This document shows, one piece after another, positions 1 through 12,257 of a stretch of DNA of 64,000 bases; position 1 is the first letter of the stretch, and each line of letters begins with the position of its first letter. The position numbers and the translations under genes were made by a program. The notes beneath the pieces are model-generated. The model did no database searches, was not told where the DNA came from, and saw only the letters and a program-made list of their open reading frames with translations. Location: assembly GCA_043228905.1 (NCBI GenBank), contig JBHGNT010000020.1:15686001-15750000 (forward strand), read 5' to 3'. This DNA comes from Azolla caroliniana. Lineage: Eukaryota > Plantae > Polypodiophyta.

Positions 1-1612
1 AGCAAATTTGAGGAGGGAGTTGAGAAGAGCCCGTGATTAAATTAAAATGTTCATACCTTTCTCGTGTGATATCGGATTTTTGTGTTCAAATATGCAAATC
101 GAAGCTAACAAAGCTAGCTATGATATGGAATTAAAAAAACAAGAATTTGAAACTCACGTCGAGTGAAATGACGAAATTAGAAAATTTGAGGAGTGAGTTT
201 ATAAGAGACATGAAGAGACATGGAATTAAAATGTTCATACCTGGCTCGTGTGATATCGGATTTTTGTGTTCAAACATGCGTACCGAAGCTAAGATTGCTA
301 GCTATGTTATGGAATTAAAAAATCAAGATTTTGAATCTAAGGTCGAGAGACATGAAGAAATTAGTAAATTTGAGGAGGGACATGAGAAGAGCCCGTGAGT
401 AAAGTAAAATGTTCATACCTGGCTCGTGTAATATCGGATTTTTGTGTTCAAATATGCAAATCGAAGCTAACAAAGCTAGCTATGATATAGAATTAAAAAA
501 TCAAGATTTTGAAACTCAGGTCAAGAGACATGAAGAAATTAGCAAATTTGAGGATGGACTCGAGAAGAGCCTGTGAGTAAATTAAAATGGTCATACCTGG
601 CTAGTGTGATATCGGATTTTTGTGTTCAAACATGCGTATTGAAACTCACGACGCTAGCTATGATAAGCAATTAAAAAATCAAGATTTTGAAACTCAGGTC
701 GAGAGACATGAAGAAATTAGCAAATTTGAGGATGGACTCGAGAAGAGCCTGTGAGTAAATTAAAATGGTCATACCTGGCTATGATATGGAATTAAAAAAT
801 TTAAGATTTTGAAGCTCAGGTCGAGAGACATGAAGAAATTAGCAAATTTGAGGAGGGAGTTGAGAAGAGCCTGTGAGTAAATTAAAATGTTCATACATGG
901 GTTGTGGGATATCGTCTTTTTGTGCTAAAACATGCGTATGGAAGCTCACAACGCTAGATATGATAAGCAATTAAAAAATCCAGATTTTGAAACTCAGGTC
1001 GAGAGACATGAAGAAATTAGCAAATTGGAGGATGGACTCGAGAAGAGCCTGTGAGTAAATTAAAATGTTCATACCTGGCTATTATATGGAATTAAAAAAT
1101 TAAGATTTTGAAGCTCAGGTCGAGAGACATGAGGAAATTAGCAGATTTGAGGAGGGAGTTGAGAAGAGCTTGTGAGTAAATTATAATGTTCATACATGGC
1201 TTGTGTGATATCGGATTTTTGTGTTAAAACATGCGTATGGAAGCTCACAACGCTAGATATGATAAGCAATTAAAAAATCAAGATTTTGAAACTCAGGTCG
1301 AGAGACATGAAGAAATTAGCAAATATGAGGATGGACTCGAGAAGAGCCTGTGAGTAAATTAAAATGTTCATACATGGCTCATGTGATATCGGATTTTTGT
1401 GTTCAAACATTCAAATCGAAGGTAACAAAGCTAGCTATGATATGGAATTAAAAAATCAAGATTTTGAAACTCAGGTTGGGAGACATGAAGAAATTAGCAA
1501 ATTTGAGGAGGGACATGAGAAGAGCCTGTGAGTAAATTAAAATGTTCATACCTGGCTCGTTTGATATCGGATTTTTGTGTTCAAACATGTGTATTGAAAC
1601 TCACAACGCTAG

Positions 1613-1781
1613 AAAAAGTTTTGGTTCTTTGTCTATTCATATCCGCCGGCATCTGGCTTTTTTTACAAGTCAGCAACAGAATTCATGACTTCATTGATTC
1701 GCGCTAACATTTCTAAAAATGTAATGGATAACTTAGGAAATTTTTTTTTAGCTTCGGATCCAACTTCTGTCCAATAAAAGC
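1613..1781. other. 169-bp non-satellite insertion inside a monomer (copy 1)
   Basis: It splits ...ACAACGCTAG^CTATGGTAAGCA... with no target duplication and no base loss. It recurs at 53522-53691. Confidence 0.9.
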
Positions 1782-4700
1782 CTATGGTAAGCAGTTAAAA
1801 AATCAAGATTTTGAAACTCAGGTCGAGAGACATGAAGAAATTAGCAAATTTGAGGAGGGACTTGAGAAGAGCCCGTGAGTAAATTAAAATGGTCATACCA
1901 AGTTCCTGTGATATCGGATTTCTGTGTTCAAATATGCAAATCGAAGCTAACAAAGCTAGCTATGATATGGAATTAAAAAAACAAGGTTTTGAAACATAGG
2001 TCGAGAGACATGAAAAAATTGGCAAATTTGAGGAGGGAGTTGAGAAGAGCCCGTGATTAAATTAAAATGTTCATACCTGGCTCGTGTGATATCGGATTTC
2101 TGTGTTAAAACATGCGTATGGAAGCTCACAACGCTAGCTATGATAAGCAATTAAAAAATCAAGATTTTGAAACTCAGGTCGAGAGACATGAAGAAATTAC
2201 CAAATTTGAGGATGGACTCGAGAAGAGCCTCTGAGTAAATTAAAATGTTCATACCTGGCTCGTGTGATATCGGATGTTTGTGTTGAAACATGCGAATCGA
2301 AGCTAACAAAGCTAGCTATGATATGGAATTAAAATATCAAGATTCTGAAACTCAGATCGACAGACATGAAGAAATTAGCAAATTTGAGGAGGGACTGGAG
2401 AAGAGCCCGTGAGTAAATTAAAATGGTCATACCAAGTTCCTGTGATATCGGATTTCTGTGTTCAAATATTCAAATCGAAGCTAACAAAGCTAGCTATGAT
2501 ATGGAATTAAAAAATCAAGATTTCGAAACTCAGGTCGAGAGACATGAAGAAATCAGCAAATTTGAGGAGGGAGTGGAGAAGAGCCCGTGAGTAAATTAAA
2601 ATGGTCATACCTGGCTCGTGTGATATCGGATATTTGTGTTCAAACATGCGAATCGAAGCTAACAAAGCTAGCTATGATATGGAATTAAAAAATTAAGATT
2701 TTGAAGCTCAGGTCGAGAGACATGAAGAAATTAGCAAATTTGAGGAGGGAATTGAGAAGAGCCTGTGAGTAAATTAAAATGTTCATACATGGCTTGTGTG
2801 ATATCGGATTTCTGGGTTCAAAAATGCGAATCGAAGCGAACAAAACTAACTATGATATGGAATTAAAAAATCAAGTTTTTGAAACTCAGGTCGAGAGACA
2901 TGAAGAAATTAGCAAATTTGAGGATGGACTCGAGAAGAGCCTGTCAGTAAATTAAAATGTTCATACCTGGGTCTTGTGATATCGGATTTTTGTGTTCAAA
3001 CATGCGTATCGAAGCTAACAATGCTAGCTATGGTAAGCAATTAAATAATCAAGATTCTGAAGCTCAGGTCGAGAGACATGAAGAAATTAGCAAATTTCAG
3101 GAGGGAGTTGAGTAGAGCCTGTGAGTAAATTAAAATGTTCATACATGGCTTGTGTGATATCGGATTTTTGTGTTAAAACATGCGTATGGAAGCTCACAAC
3201 GCTAGCTATGATAAGCAATTAAAAAATCAAGATTTTGAGACTCAGGTCGAGAGACATGAAGAAATCAGGAAATTTGAGGAGGAAGTGGAGAACAGCCCGT
3301 GAGTAAATTAAAATGTTCATACCTGGCTTGTGTGATATCGGATTTTTGTGTTCAAACATGCGTATTGAAACTCACAACGCTAGCTATGAGACATGAAGGA
3401 ATTAGCAAATTTGAGCATGGACTCGAGAAGAGCCTGTGAGTAAATTAAAATGTTCATACCTGGCTCGTGTGATATCGGATTTTTGTGTTCAAACATTCAA
3501 ATCGAAGCTAACAAAGCTAGCTACGATATGGAATTAAAAAATCAAAATTTTGAAACTCATATCAAGAGACATGAAGGGATTAGCAAATTTGAGGAGGGAC
3601 TTGAGAAGAGCCCGTGAGTAAATTAAAATAGTCATACCTGCCTCGTGTGATATCGGATTTCTGTGTTCAAACATGCGTATTGAAACTCACGACACTAGCT
3701 ATGATAAGCAATTAAAAAATTAGGTTTTGAAACTCAGGTCGACAGACATGAAGAAATTAGCAAATTTGAGGAGGGACATGAGAAGAGCCCGTGAGTAAAT
3801 TAAAATGTTCATACCTGGCTCGTTTGATATCGGATTTTTGTGTTCAAACATGCGTATTGAAACTCACAACGCTAGCTATGGTAAGCAATTAAAAAATCAA
3901 GATTTTGAAACTCAGGTCGAGAGACATGAAGAAATTAGCAAATTTGAGGATGGACTCGAGAAGAGCCTGTCAGTAAATTAAAATGTTCATACCTGGGTCT
4001 TGTGATATCGGATTTTTGTGTTCAAACATGCGTATCGAAGCTAAGAATGCTAGCTATGTTATGGAATTAAAAAATAAGGATTTTGAAACTCAGGTCGAGA
4101 GACATGAAGAAATTAGCAAATTTAAGGAGGACATGAGAAAAACCTGTGAGTAAATTAAAATGTTCATACCTGGCTCATGTGATATTGGATGTTTGTGTTG
4201 AAACATGCGAATTGAAGTTAACAAAGCTAGCTATGATATGGAATTAAAAAATCAAGATTTTGAAACTCAGATCGAGAGAGATGAAGAAATTAGAAAATTT
4301 GAGGAGGGAGTTGAGAAGAGTCCGTGAGTAAATTAAAATGTTCACACCTGGCTCGTGTGATATCGGATATTTGTGTTAAAACATGCCGATCGAAGCTAAC
4401 AACGCTAACTATGATATGGAATTAAAAATTCAAGATTTTGAAACTCAGGTCGAGAGACATGAAGAAATTAGCAAATTTGAGGAGGGACTTGGGAAGAGCC
4501 CGTGAGTAAATTAAAATGTTCATACCTGGTTCGTGGGATATCGGATTTTTGTGTTCAAACATGCGTATCGAATTAAAACATGAGAATTAAAAAATCAAGA
4601 TTTTGAAACTCAGGTCAAGAGACATTAAGAAATTAGCAAATTTAAGCAAGAACTTCAGAAGAGCCGGTGAGTAAATTAAAATGTTCATACCTGGCTCGTG

Positions 4701-5492
4701 TGATATCGGATATTTGTGTTCAAACATGCGTATTGAAACTCACAACGCTAGCTATGATAAACAATTCAAAAATCAAGATTTTGAAACTCAGGTCGAGAGA
4801 CATGAAGAAATTAGCAAATTTGAGGATGGACTCGAGAAGAGCCTGTGAGTAAATTAAAATGTTCATACCTGGCTCGTGTGATATTGGATTTTTGTGTTCA
4901 AACATTCAAATCGAAGCTAACAAAGCTAGCTATGATATGGAATTAAAAAATCAAGATTTTGAAACTCAGATCAAGAGACATGAAGGTATTAGCAAATTTG
5001 AGGAGGGAGTTGAGAAGAGCCCGGAAGTAAATTAAAATGTTCATACGTGGCTCGTGTGATATCGGATTTTTGTGTTCAAACATGCAAATTGAAGCTAACA
5101 AAGCTAGCTATGATGTGGAATTAAAAAATCAAGATTTTGAAAGTCAGGTCAAGAGACATGAAGAAATTAGCAAATTTAAGCAAGAACTTCAGAAGAGCCG
5201 GTGAGTAAATTAAAATGTTCATACCTGGCTCGTGTGATAACGGATTTCTGTGTTCAAACATGTGTATCGAAGCTAACAGTGCTAGCTATGATATAGAATT
5301 AAAAAATCAAGATTCTGAAACTCAGGTTGAGAGACATGAAGAAATTAGCAAATTTGAGGAGGGAGTTGAGAAGAGCCCGTGAGTAAATTAAAATGTTCAT
5401 ACCTGGCTCGTGTGATATCGGAATTCTGTGTTCAAACATGCGTATCGAAGCTATCAATGCTAGCTATGTTATGGAATTAAGAAATCAAGATA

Positions 5493-7768
5493 TTGAAACT
5501 CAGGTCGATAGACATGAAGGAATTAGCAAATTTGAGGAGGGAGTTGAGAAGAGCCCGTGAGTAAATTAAAATGGTCATACCTGGCTCGTGTGATATCGGA
5601 TTTTTGTGTTCAAAGATGCGAATCGAAGCTAACAACGCTACGTATCTTATGGAATTAAAAAATAGAGATTTTGAAACTCAGGTCGAGAGACATGAAGAAA
5701 TTAGCAAATTTGAGGAGGGAATCGATCAATATTTTGAAACTCAGGTCGAGAGACATGAAGAAATTAGCAAATTTAAGGAGGGAGTGGAGAAGAGCCGGTG
5801 AGTAAATTAAAATGGTCATACCTTGCTCGTGTGATATCGGATGTTTGTGTTGAAACATGCGAATCGAAGCTAACAAAACTAGCTATGATATGGAATTAAA
5901 AAATCAAGATTCTGAAACTCAGGTCGAGAGACATGAAGAAATTAGCAAATTTGAGGAGGGAGTTGAGAAGAGCCCGTGAGTAAATTAAAATGGTCATACC
6001 TGGCTCGTGTGATATCGGATTTCTGTGTTCAAACATGCGAATCGAAGCTAACAATTCTAGCTATGTTATGGAATTAAAAAATCAAGATTTTGAAACTCAG
6101 GTGGAGAGACATAAAGAAATTAGCAAATTTGAGAAGGAAATCGAGAAGAGCCCGTGAGTAAATTAAAATGTTCATACCTGGCTCGTGTGATATCAGATAT
6201 TTGTTTTCAAACATGTGAATCGAAGCTAACAATGCTAGCTATGTTATGGAATTAAGAAATCAATATTTTGAAACTCAGGTCGAGAGACATGAAGGAATTA
6301 GCAAATTTGAGAAGGGAGTTGAGAAGAGCCTGTGAGTAAATTAAAATGTTCATACATGGCTTGTGTGATATCGGATTTTTGTGTTAAAACATGCGTATGG
6401 AAGCTGACAACGCTAGCTATGATAAGCAATTAAAAAATCAAGATTTTGAAACTCACGTCGAGAGACATGAAGAAATTAGCAAATTTGAGGAGGGACATGA
6501 TAACAGCCCGTGAGAAAATTAAAATGGTCATACCTGGCTCGTGTGATATCGGATGTTTGTGTTGAAACATGCGAATCGAAGCTAACAAAGCTAGCGATGA
6601 TATGGAATTAATAAATCAAGATTTTGAAACTCAGGTCGATAGACATGAAGGAATTAGCAAATTTGAGGAGGGAGTTGAGAAGAGCCCGTGAGTAAATTAA
6701 AATGGTCATACCTGGCTCGTGTGATATCGGATTTTTGTGTTCAAAGATGCGAATCGAAGCTAACAACGCTACGTATCTTATGGAATTAAAAAATAGAGAT
6801 TTTGAAACTCAGGTCGAGAGACATGAAGAAATTAGCAAATTTGAGGAGGGAATCGATCAATATTTTGAAACTCAGGTCGAGAGACATGAAGAAATTAGCA
6901 AATTTAAGGAGGGAGTGGAGAAGAGCCGGTGAGTAAATTAAAATGGTCATACCTTGCTCGTGTGATATCGGATGTTTGTGTTGAAACATGCGAATCGAAG
7001 CTAACAAAACTAGCTATGATATGGAATTAAAAAATCAAGATTCTGAAACTCAGGTCGAGAGACATGAAGAAATTAGCAAATTTGAGGAGGGAGTTGAGAA
7101 GAGCCCGTGAGTAAATTAAAATGGTCATACCTGGCTCGTGTGATATCGGATTTCTGTGTTCAAACATGCGAATCGAAGCTAACAATTCTAGCTATGTTAT
7201 GGAATTAAAAAATCAAGATTTTGAAACTCAGGTGGAGAGACATAAAGAAATTAGCAAATTTGAGAAGGAAATCGAGAAGAGCCCGTGAGTAAATTAAAAT
7301 GTTCATACCTGGCTCGTGTGATATCAGATATTTGTTTTCAAACATGTGAATCGAAGCTAACAATGCTAGCTATGTTATGGAATTAAGAAATCAATATTTT
7401 GAAACTCAGGTCGAGAGACATGAAGGAATTAGCAAATTTGAGAAGGGAGTTGAGAAGAGCCTGTGAGTAAATTAAAATGTTCATACATGGCTTGTGTGAT
7501 ATCGGATTTTTGTGTTAAAACATGCGTATGGAAGCTGACAACGCTAGCTATGATAAGCAATTAAAAAATCAAGATTTTGAAACTCACGTCGAGAGACATG
7601 AAGAAATTAGCAAATTTGAGGAGGGACATGATAACAGCCCGTGAGAAAATTAAAATGGTCATACCTGGCTCGTGTGATATCGGATGTTTGTGTTGAAACA
7701 TGCGAATCGAAGCTAACAAAGCTAGCGATGATATGGAATTAATAAATCAAGATTTTGAAACTCAGGTC
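5493..7768 (+). repeat. 1131-bp higher-order tandem duplication (6 monomers plus a 63-bp partial monomer), 2 copies
   Basis: The marker GGAATCGATCAATATTTTG and all variant positions repeat at offset 1131. ORF-track entries at 5571 and 6702 are identical. Confidence 0.9.
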
Positions 7769-10700
7769 CAGAGACATGAAGAAATTAGCAAATTTGAGGA
7801 GAGAGTTGAGAAGAGCCTGTGAGTAAATTAAAATGTTCATACCTGGCTCGTTTTGATATCGGATTTTTGTGTTCAAACATGCTTATTGAAACTCACAACG
7901 CTAGCTATGATAAGCAATTAAAAAATCAAGATTTTGAAACTCAGGTCGAGAGACATGAGGAAATTAGCAAATTTGAGGAGGGACTTGAGAAGAGCCCGTG
8001 AGTAAATTAAAATGTTCATACCTGGCTCGTGTAATATCGGATTTTTGTGTTCAAACATGCATATCGAAGCTAACAATGCTAGCTATGATTTGGAATTAAA
8101 AAATCAAGATTTTGAAACTCAGGTCGAGAGACATGAAGAAATTAGCAAATTTGAGGAGGGAGTTGAGAAGAGCCTGTGAGTAAATTAAAATGTTCAAACA
8201 TGGCTTGTGTGATATCGAATTTTTGTGTTCATACATGCCTATCGAAGCTAACAACGCTAACTATGATATGAAATTAAAAATTCAAGATTTTGAAACTCAG
8301 GTCTAGAGACATGAAGAAATTAGCAAATTTGAGGAGGGACTTGGGAAGAGCCCGTGAGTAAATTAAAATGTTCATACCTGGTTCGTGTGATATCGGATTT
8401 TTGTGTTCAAACATGCAAATCGAAGCTAACAAAGCTAGCTATGATATGGAATTAAAAAATCAAGATTTTGAAAGTCAGGTCAAGAGACATGAAGAAATTA
8501 GCAAATTTAAGCAAGAACTTCAGAAGAGCCGGTGAGTAAATTAAAATGTTCATACCTGGCTCGTGTGATATCGGATTTTTGTGTTCAAAAATTCAAATCG
8601 AAGCTAACAAAGCTAGCTATGATAAACAATTAAAAAATCAAGATTTTGAAACTCAGGTCGAGAGACATGAAGAAATTAGAAAATTTGAGGAGGGACATGA
8701 GAAGAGACCGTGAGTAAATTAAAATGTTCATACCTGGCTCATGTGATATTGGATGTTTGTGTTGAAACATGCGAATTGAAGTTAATAAAGCTACCTATGA
8801 TATGGAATTAAAAAAGCAAGATTTTGAAACTCAGATCGAGAGACATGAAGAAATTAGCAAATTTGAGGAGGGAGTTGAGAAGAGCCCGTGAGTAAATTAA
8901 AATGTTCATACCTGGCTCGTGTGATATCGGATTTTTGTGTTCAAATATGCGTATCGAAGCTACGAATGCTAGCTATGTTATGGAATTAAAAAATCAAGAT
9001 TTTGAAACTCAGGTCGAGAGACATGAAGAAATTAGCAAATTTGAGGAGGACATGAGAAACACCTCTCAGTAAATTAAAATGTTCAAACATGGCTTGTGTG
9101 ATATCGGATTTTTGTGTTAAAACATGCATATGGAAGCTCACAACGCTAGCTATGTTAAGCAATTAAAAAATCAAACTTTGAAACTCAGGTCGAGAGACAT
9201 GAAGAAATTAGCAAATTTGAGGATGGACTCGAGAAGAGCCGATTAGTAAATTAAAATGTTCATACCTGGGTCGTGTGATATCGGATTGTTGTGTTCAAAC
9301 ATGTATATCGAAGCTAAGAATGCTAGCTATGTTATGGAATTAAAAAATCAAGATTTTGAAACTCAGGTTGAGAGAAATGAAGAAATTAGCATATTTGAGG
9401 AGGGACATGAGAAGAGACCGTGAGTAAATTAAAATGTTCATACCTGGCTCATGTGATATTGGATGTTTGTGTTGAAACATGCGAATTGAAGTTAACAAAG
9501 CTAGCTATGATATGGAATTAAAACATCAAGATTTCGTAACTCAGGTCGAGAGGCATGAAGAAATTAGAAAATTTGAGGAGGGAGTTGAGAAGAGCCCGTG
9601 AGTAAATTAAAATGTTCATACCTGGCTCGTGTGATATCGGATTTTTGTGTTCATACATGCCGATCGAAGCTAACAACGCTAACTATGATATGGAATTAAA
9701 AATTCACGATTTTGAAACTCAGGTCGAGAGACATGAAGAAATTAGCAAATTTGAGGAGGGACTTGAGAACAGCCCGTGAGTAAATTAAAATGGTCATACC
9801 TGGCTCGTGTGATATCGAATTTCTGTGTTCAAAGTTGCGAATCAAAGCTAACAACGCTAATTATCTTATGGAATTAAAAAATCAATATTTTGAAACTCAG
9901 GTCGAGAGACATGAAGAAATTAGCAAATTTGAGGAGGTAGTTGAGAAGAGCCCGTGAGTAAATGAAAATGGTCATACCTGGCTCGTGTGATATCGGATTT
10001 TTGTGTTCAAACATGCGAATCGAAGATAACAACGCTAGCTATGACATGGAATTAAAAAATCAAGATTTTGAAACTCAGATCAAGAGACATGAAGAAATTA
10101 GCAAATTTGACGAGGAGGAAATTAAAATGTTCATACCTGGCTCGTTTTGATATCGGATTTTTGTGTTCAAACATGCTTATTGAAACTCACAACGCTAGCT
10201 ATGATAAGCAATTAAAAAATCAAGATTCTGAAACTCAGGTCGAGAGACATGAAGAAATTAGCAAATTTGAGGATGGAGTCGAGAAGAGCCTGTGAGTAAA
10301 GTAAAATGTTCATACCCGGCTCGTGTGATATTGGATTCTTGTGTTCAAACATTCACATCGAAGCTAACAAAGCTAGCTATGATATGGAATTAAAAAATCA
10401 AGATTTTGAAACTCAGGTCGAGAGACATGAAGAAATTAGCAAATTTGAGGAGGGACATGAGAAGAGCCTGTGAGTAAATTAAAATGTTCATACCTGGCTC
10501 GTTTGATATCGGATTTTTGTGTTCAAATATGGGTATTGAAACTCACAACGCTAGCTATGATAAGCAATTAAAAAATCAAGATTTTGAAACTCAGGTCGAG
10601 AGACATGAAGAAATTAGCAAATTTGAGAATGGACTCGAGAAGAGCCTGTGTGTAAATTAAAATGTTCATACCTGGCTCATGTGATATTGGATGTTTGTGT

Positions 10701-12257
10701 TGAAACATGCGAATCGAAGTTAACAAAGCTAGCTATGATATGGAATTAAAAAATCAAGATTTTGAAACTCAGATCGAGAGACATGAAGAAATTAGCAAAT
10801 TTGAGGAGGGAGTTGAGAAGAGCCCGTGAGTAAATTAAAATGTTCATACCTGGCTCATGTGATATTGGATGTTTGTGTTGAAACATGCGAATCGAAGTTA
10901 ACAAAGCTAGCTATGATATGGACTTAAGAAATCAAGATTTTGAAACTCAGATCGAGAGACATGAAGAAATTAGCAAATTTGAGGAGGGAGTTGAGAAGAG
11001 CCCGTGAGTAAATTAAAATGGTTATACCTGGCTCGTGTGATATCGGATTTTTGTGTTCAAACATTCAAATCGAAGCTAACAACGCTAACTATGATATGAA
11101 ATTAAAAAATCAAGATTTTGAAACTCAGGTCGAGAGACATGAAGAAATTAGCAAATATGAGGAGGGACTGGAGAAGAGCCCGTGAGTAAATTAAAATGGT
11201 CATACCTGGCTCGTGTGATATCGGATTTTTGTGTTCAAACATGCGAATCGAAGCTAACAAAGCTAGCTATGATATGGAATTAAAAAATCAAGATTTTGAA
11301 ACTCAGGTCGAGAGACATGAAGAAATTAGCATATTTGAGGAGGGAATGGAGAAGAGCCCGTGAGTAAATTAAAATGTTCATACCTAGCTCGTGTGATATC
11401 AGATATTTGTGTTCAACATGTGAATCGAAGCTAACAATGCTAGCTATGTTATGCAATTAAGAAATCAATATTTTGAAACTCAGGTCGAGAAGAGTCCGTG
11501 AGTAAATTAAAATGGTCATACCTGGCTCGTGTGATATCGGATATTTGTGTTCAAACATGCGTATTGAACCTAAGAAAGCTAGCTATAATATGGAATTAAA
11601 TAAATAAGATTTTGAAACTCAGGTCGAGAGACATGAACAAATTAGCAAATTTGAGGAGGGAGTTGAGAAGAGCCTGTGAGTAAATTAAAATGTTCATACA
11701 TGGCTTGTGTGATATCGGATTTTTGTGTTAAAACATGCGTATGATATGGAATTAAAAAATCAAGATTTTGAAACTCAGGTCGAGAGACATGAAGAAATTA
11801 GCAAATTTGAGGAGGGACATGAGAAGAGACCGTGAGTAAATTAAAATGTTCATACCTGGCTCATGTGATATTGGATGTTTGTGTTGAATCATGTGAATCG
11901 AAGTTAACAAAGCTAGCTATGATATGGAATTAAAAAATCAAGATTTTGAAACTCAGATCGAGAGACATGAAGAAATTAGCAAATTTGAGGAGGGAGTCGA
12001 GAAGAGCCTGTGAGTAAATTAAAATGTTCATACTTGGCTCGTGTGATATCGGATTTTTGTGTTCAAACAATCAAATCGAAGCTAACAAAGCTAGCTATGA
12101 TATGGAATTAAAAAATCAAGATTTTGAAACTCAGGTCGAGAGACATGAAGAAATTAGGAAATTTGAGGAAGAACATGAGAAGAGCCTGTGAGTAAATTAA
12201 AATGTTCATACCTGGCTCGTGTGATATCGGATTTTTGTGGTCAAACATTCAAATCGA

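Larger units (their letters stand above)
1..12257 (+). repeat. ~178-bp tandem satellite, main subfamily (probable centromeric satellite), ~69 monomers
   Basis: The unit GTGAGTAAATTAAAATGTTCATACCTGGCTCGTGTGATATCGGATTTTTGTGTTCAAACATGCGAATCGAAGCTAACAAAGCTAGCTATGATATGGAATTAAAAAATCAAGATTTTGAAACTCAGGTCGAGAGACATGAAGAAATTAGCAAATTTGAGGAGGGAGTTGAGAAGAGCCC recurs every 178 bp. Centromeric role is inferred from monomer size and array structure. Confidence 0.97.

Noticed and set aside
147-10295. Short ORFs in satellite (MFEHKNPISHEPG..., ...QDFETQVERHEEISKFEEG...), also at 31966-41945 and 47750-63570
   Set aside because: They are translations of the 178-bp monomer; stops appear and disappear at random between copies, and there is no gene structure.
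1-12257. Identity with Arabidopsis CEN178
   Set aside because: The length is the same, but I see no similarity to the recalled consensus. No species assignment is made.
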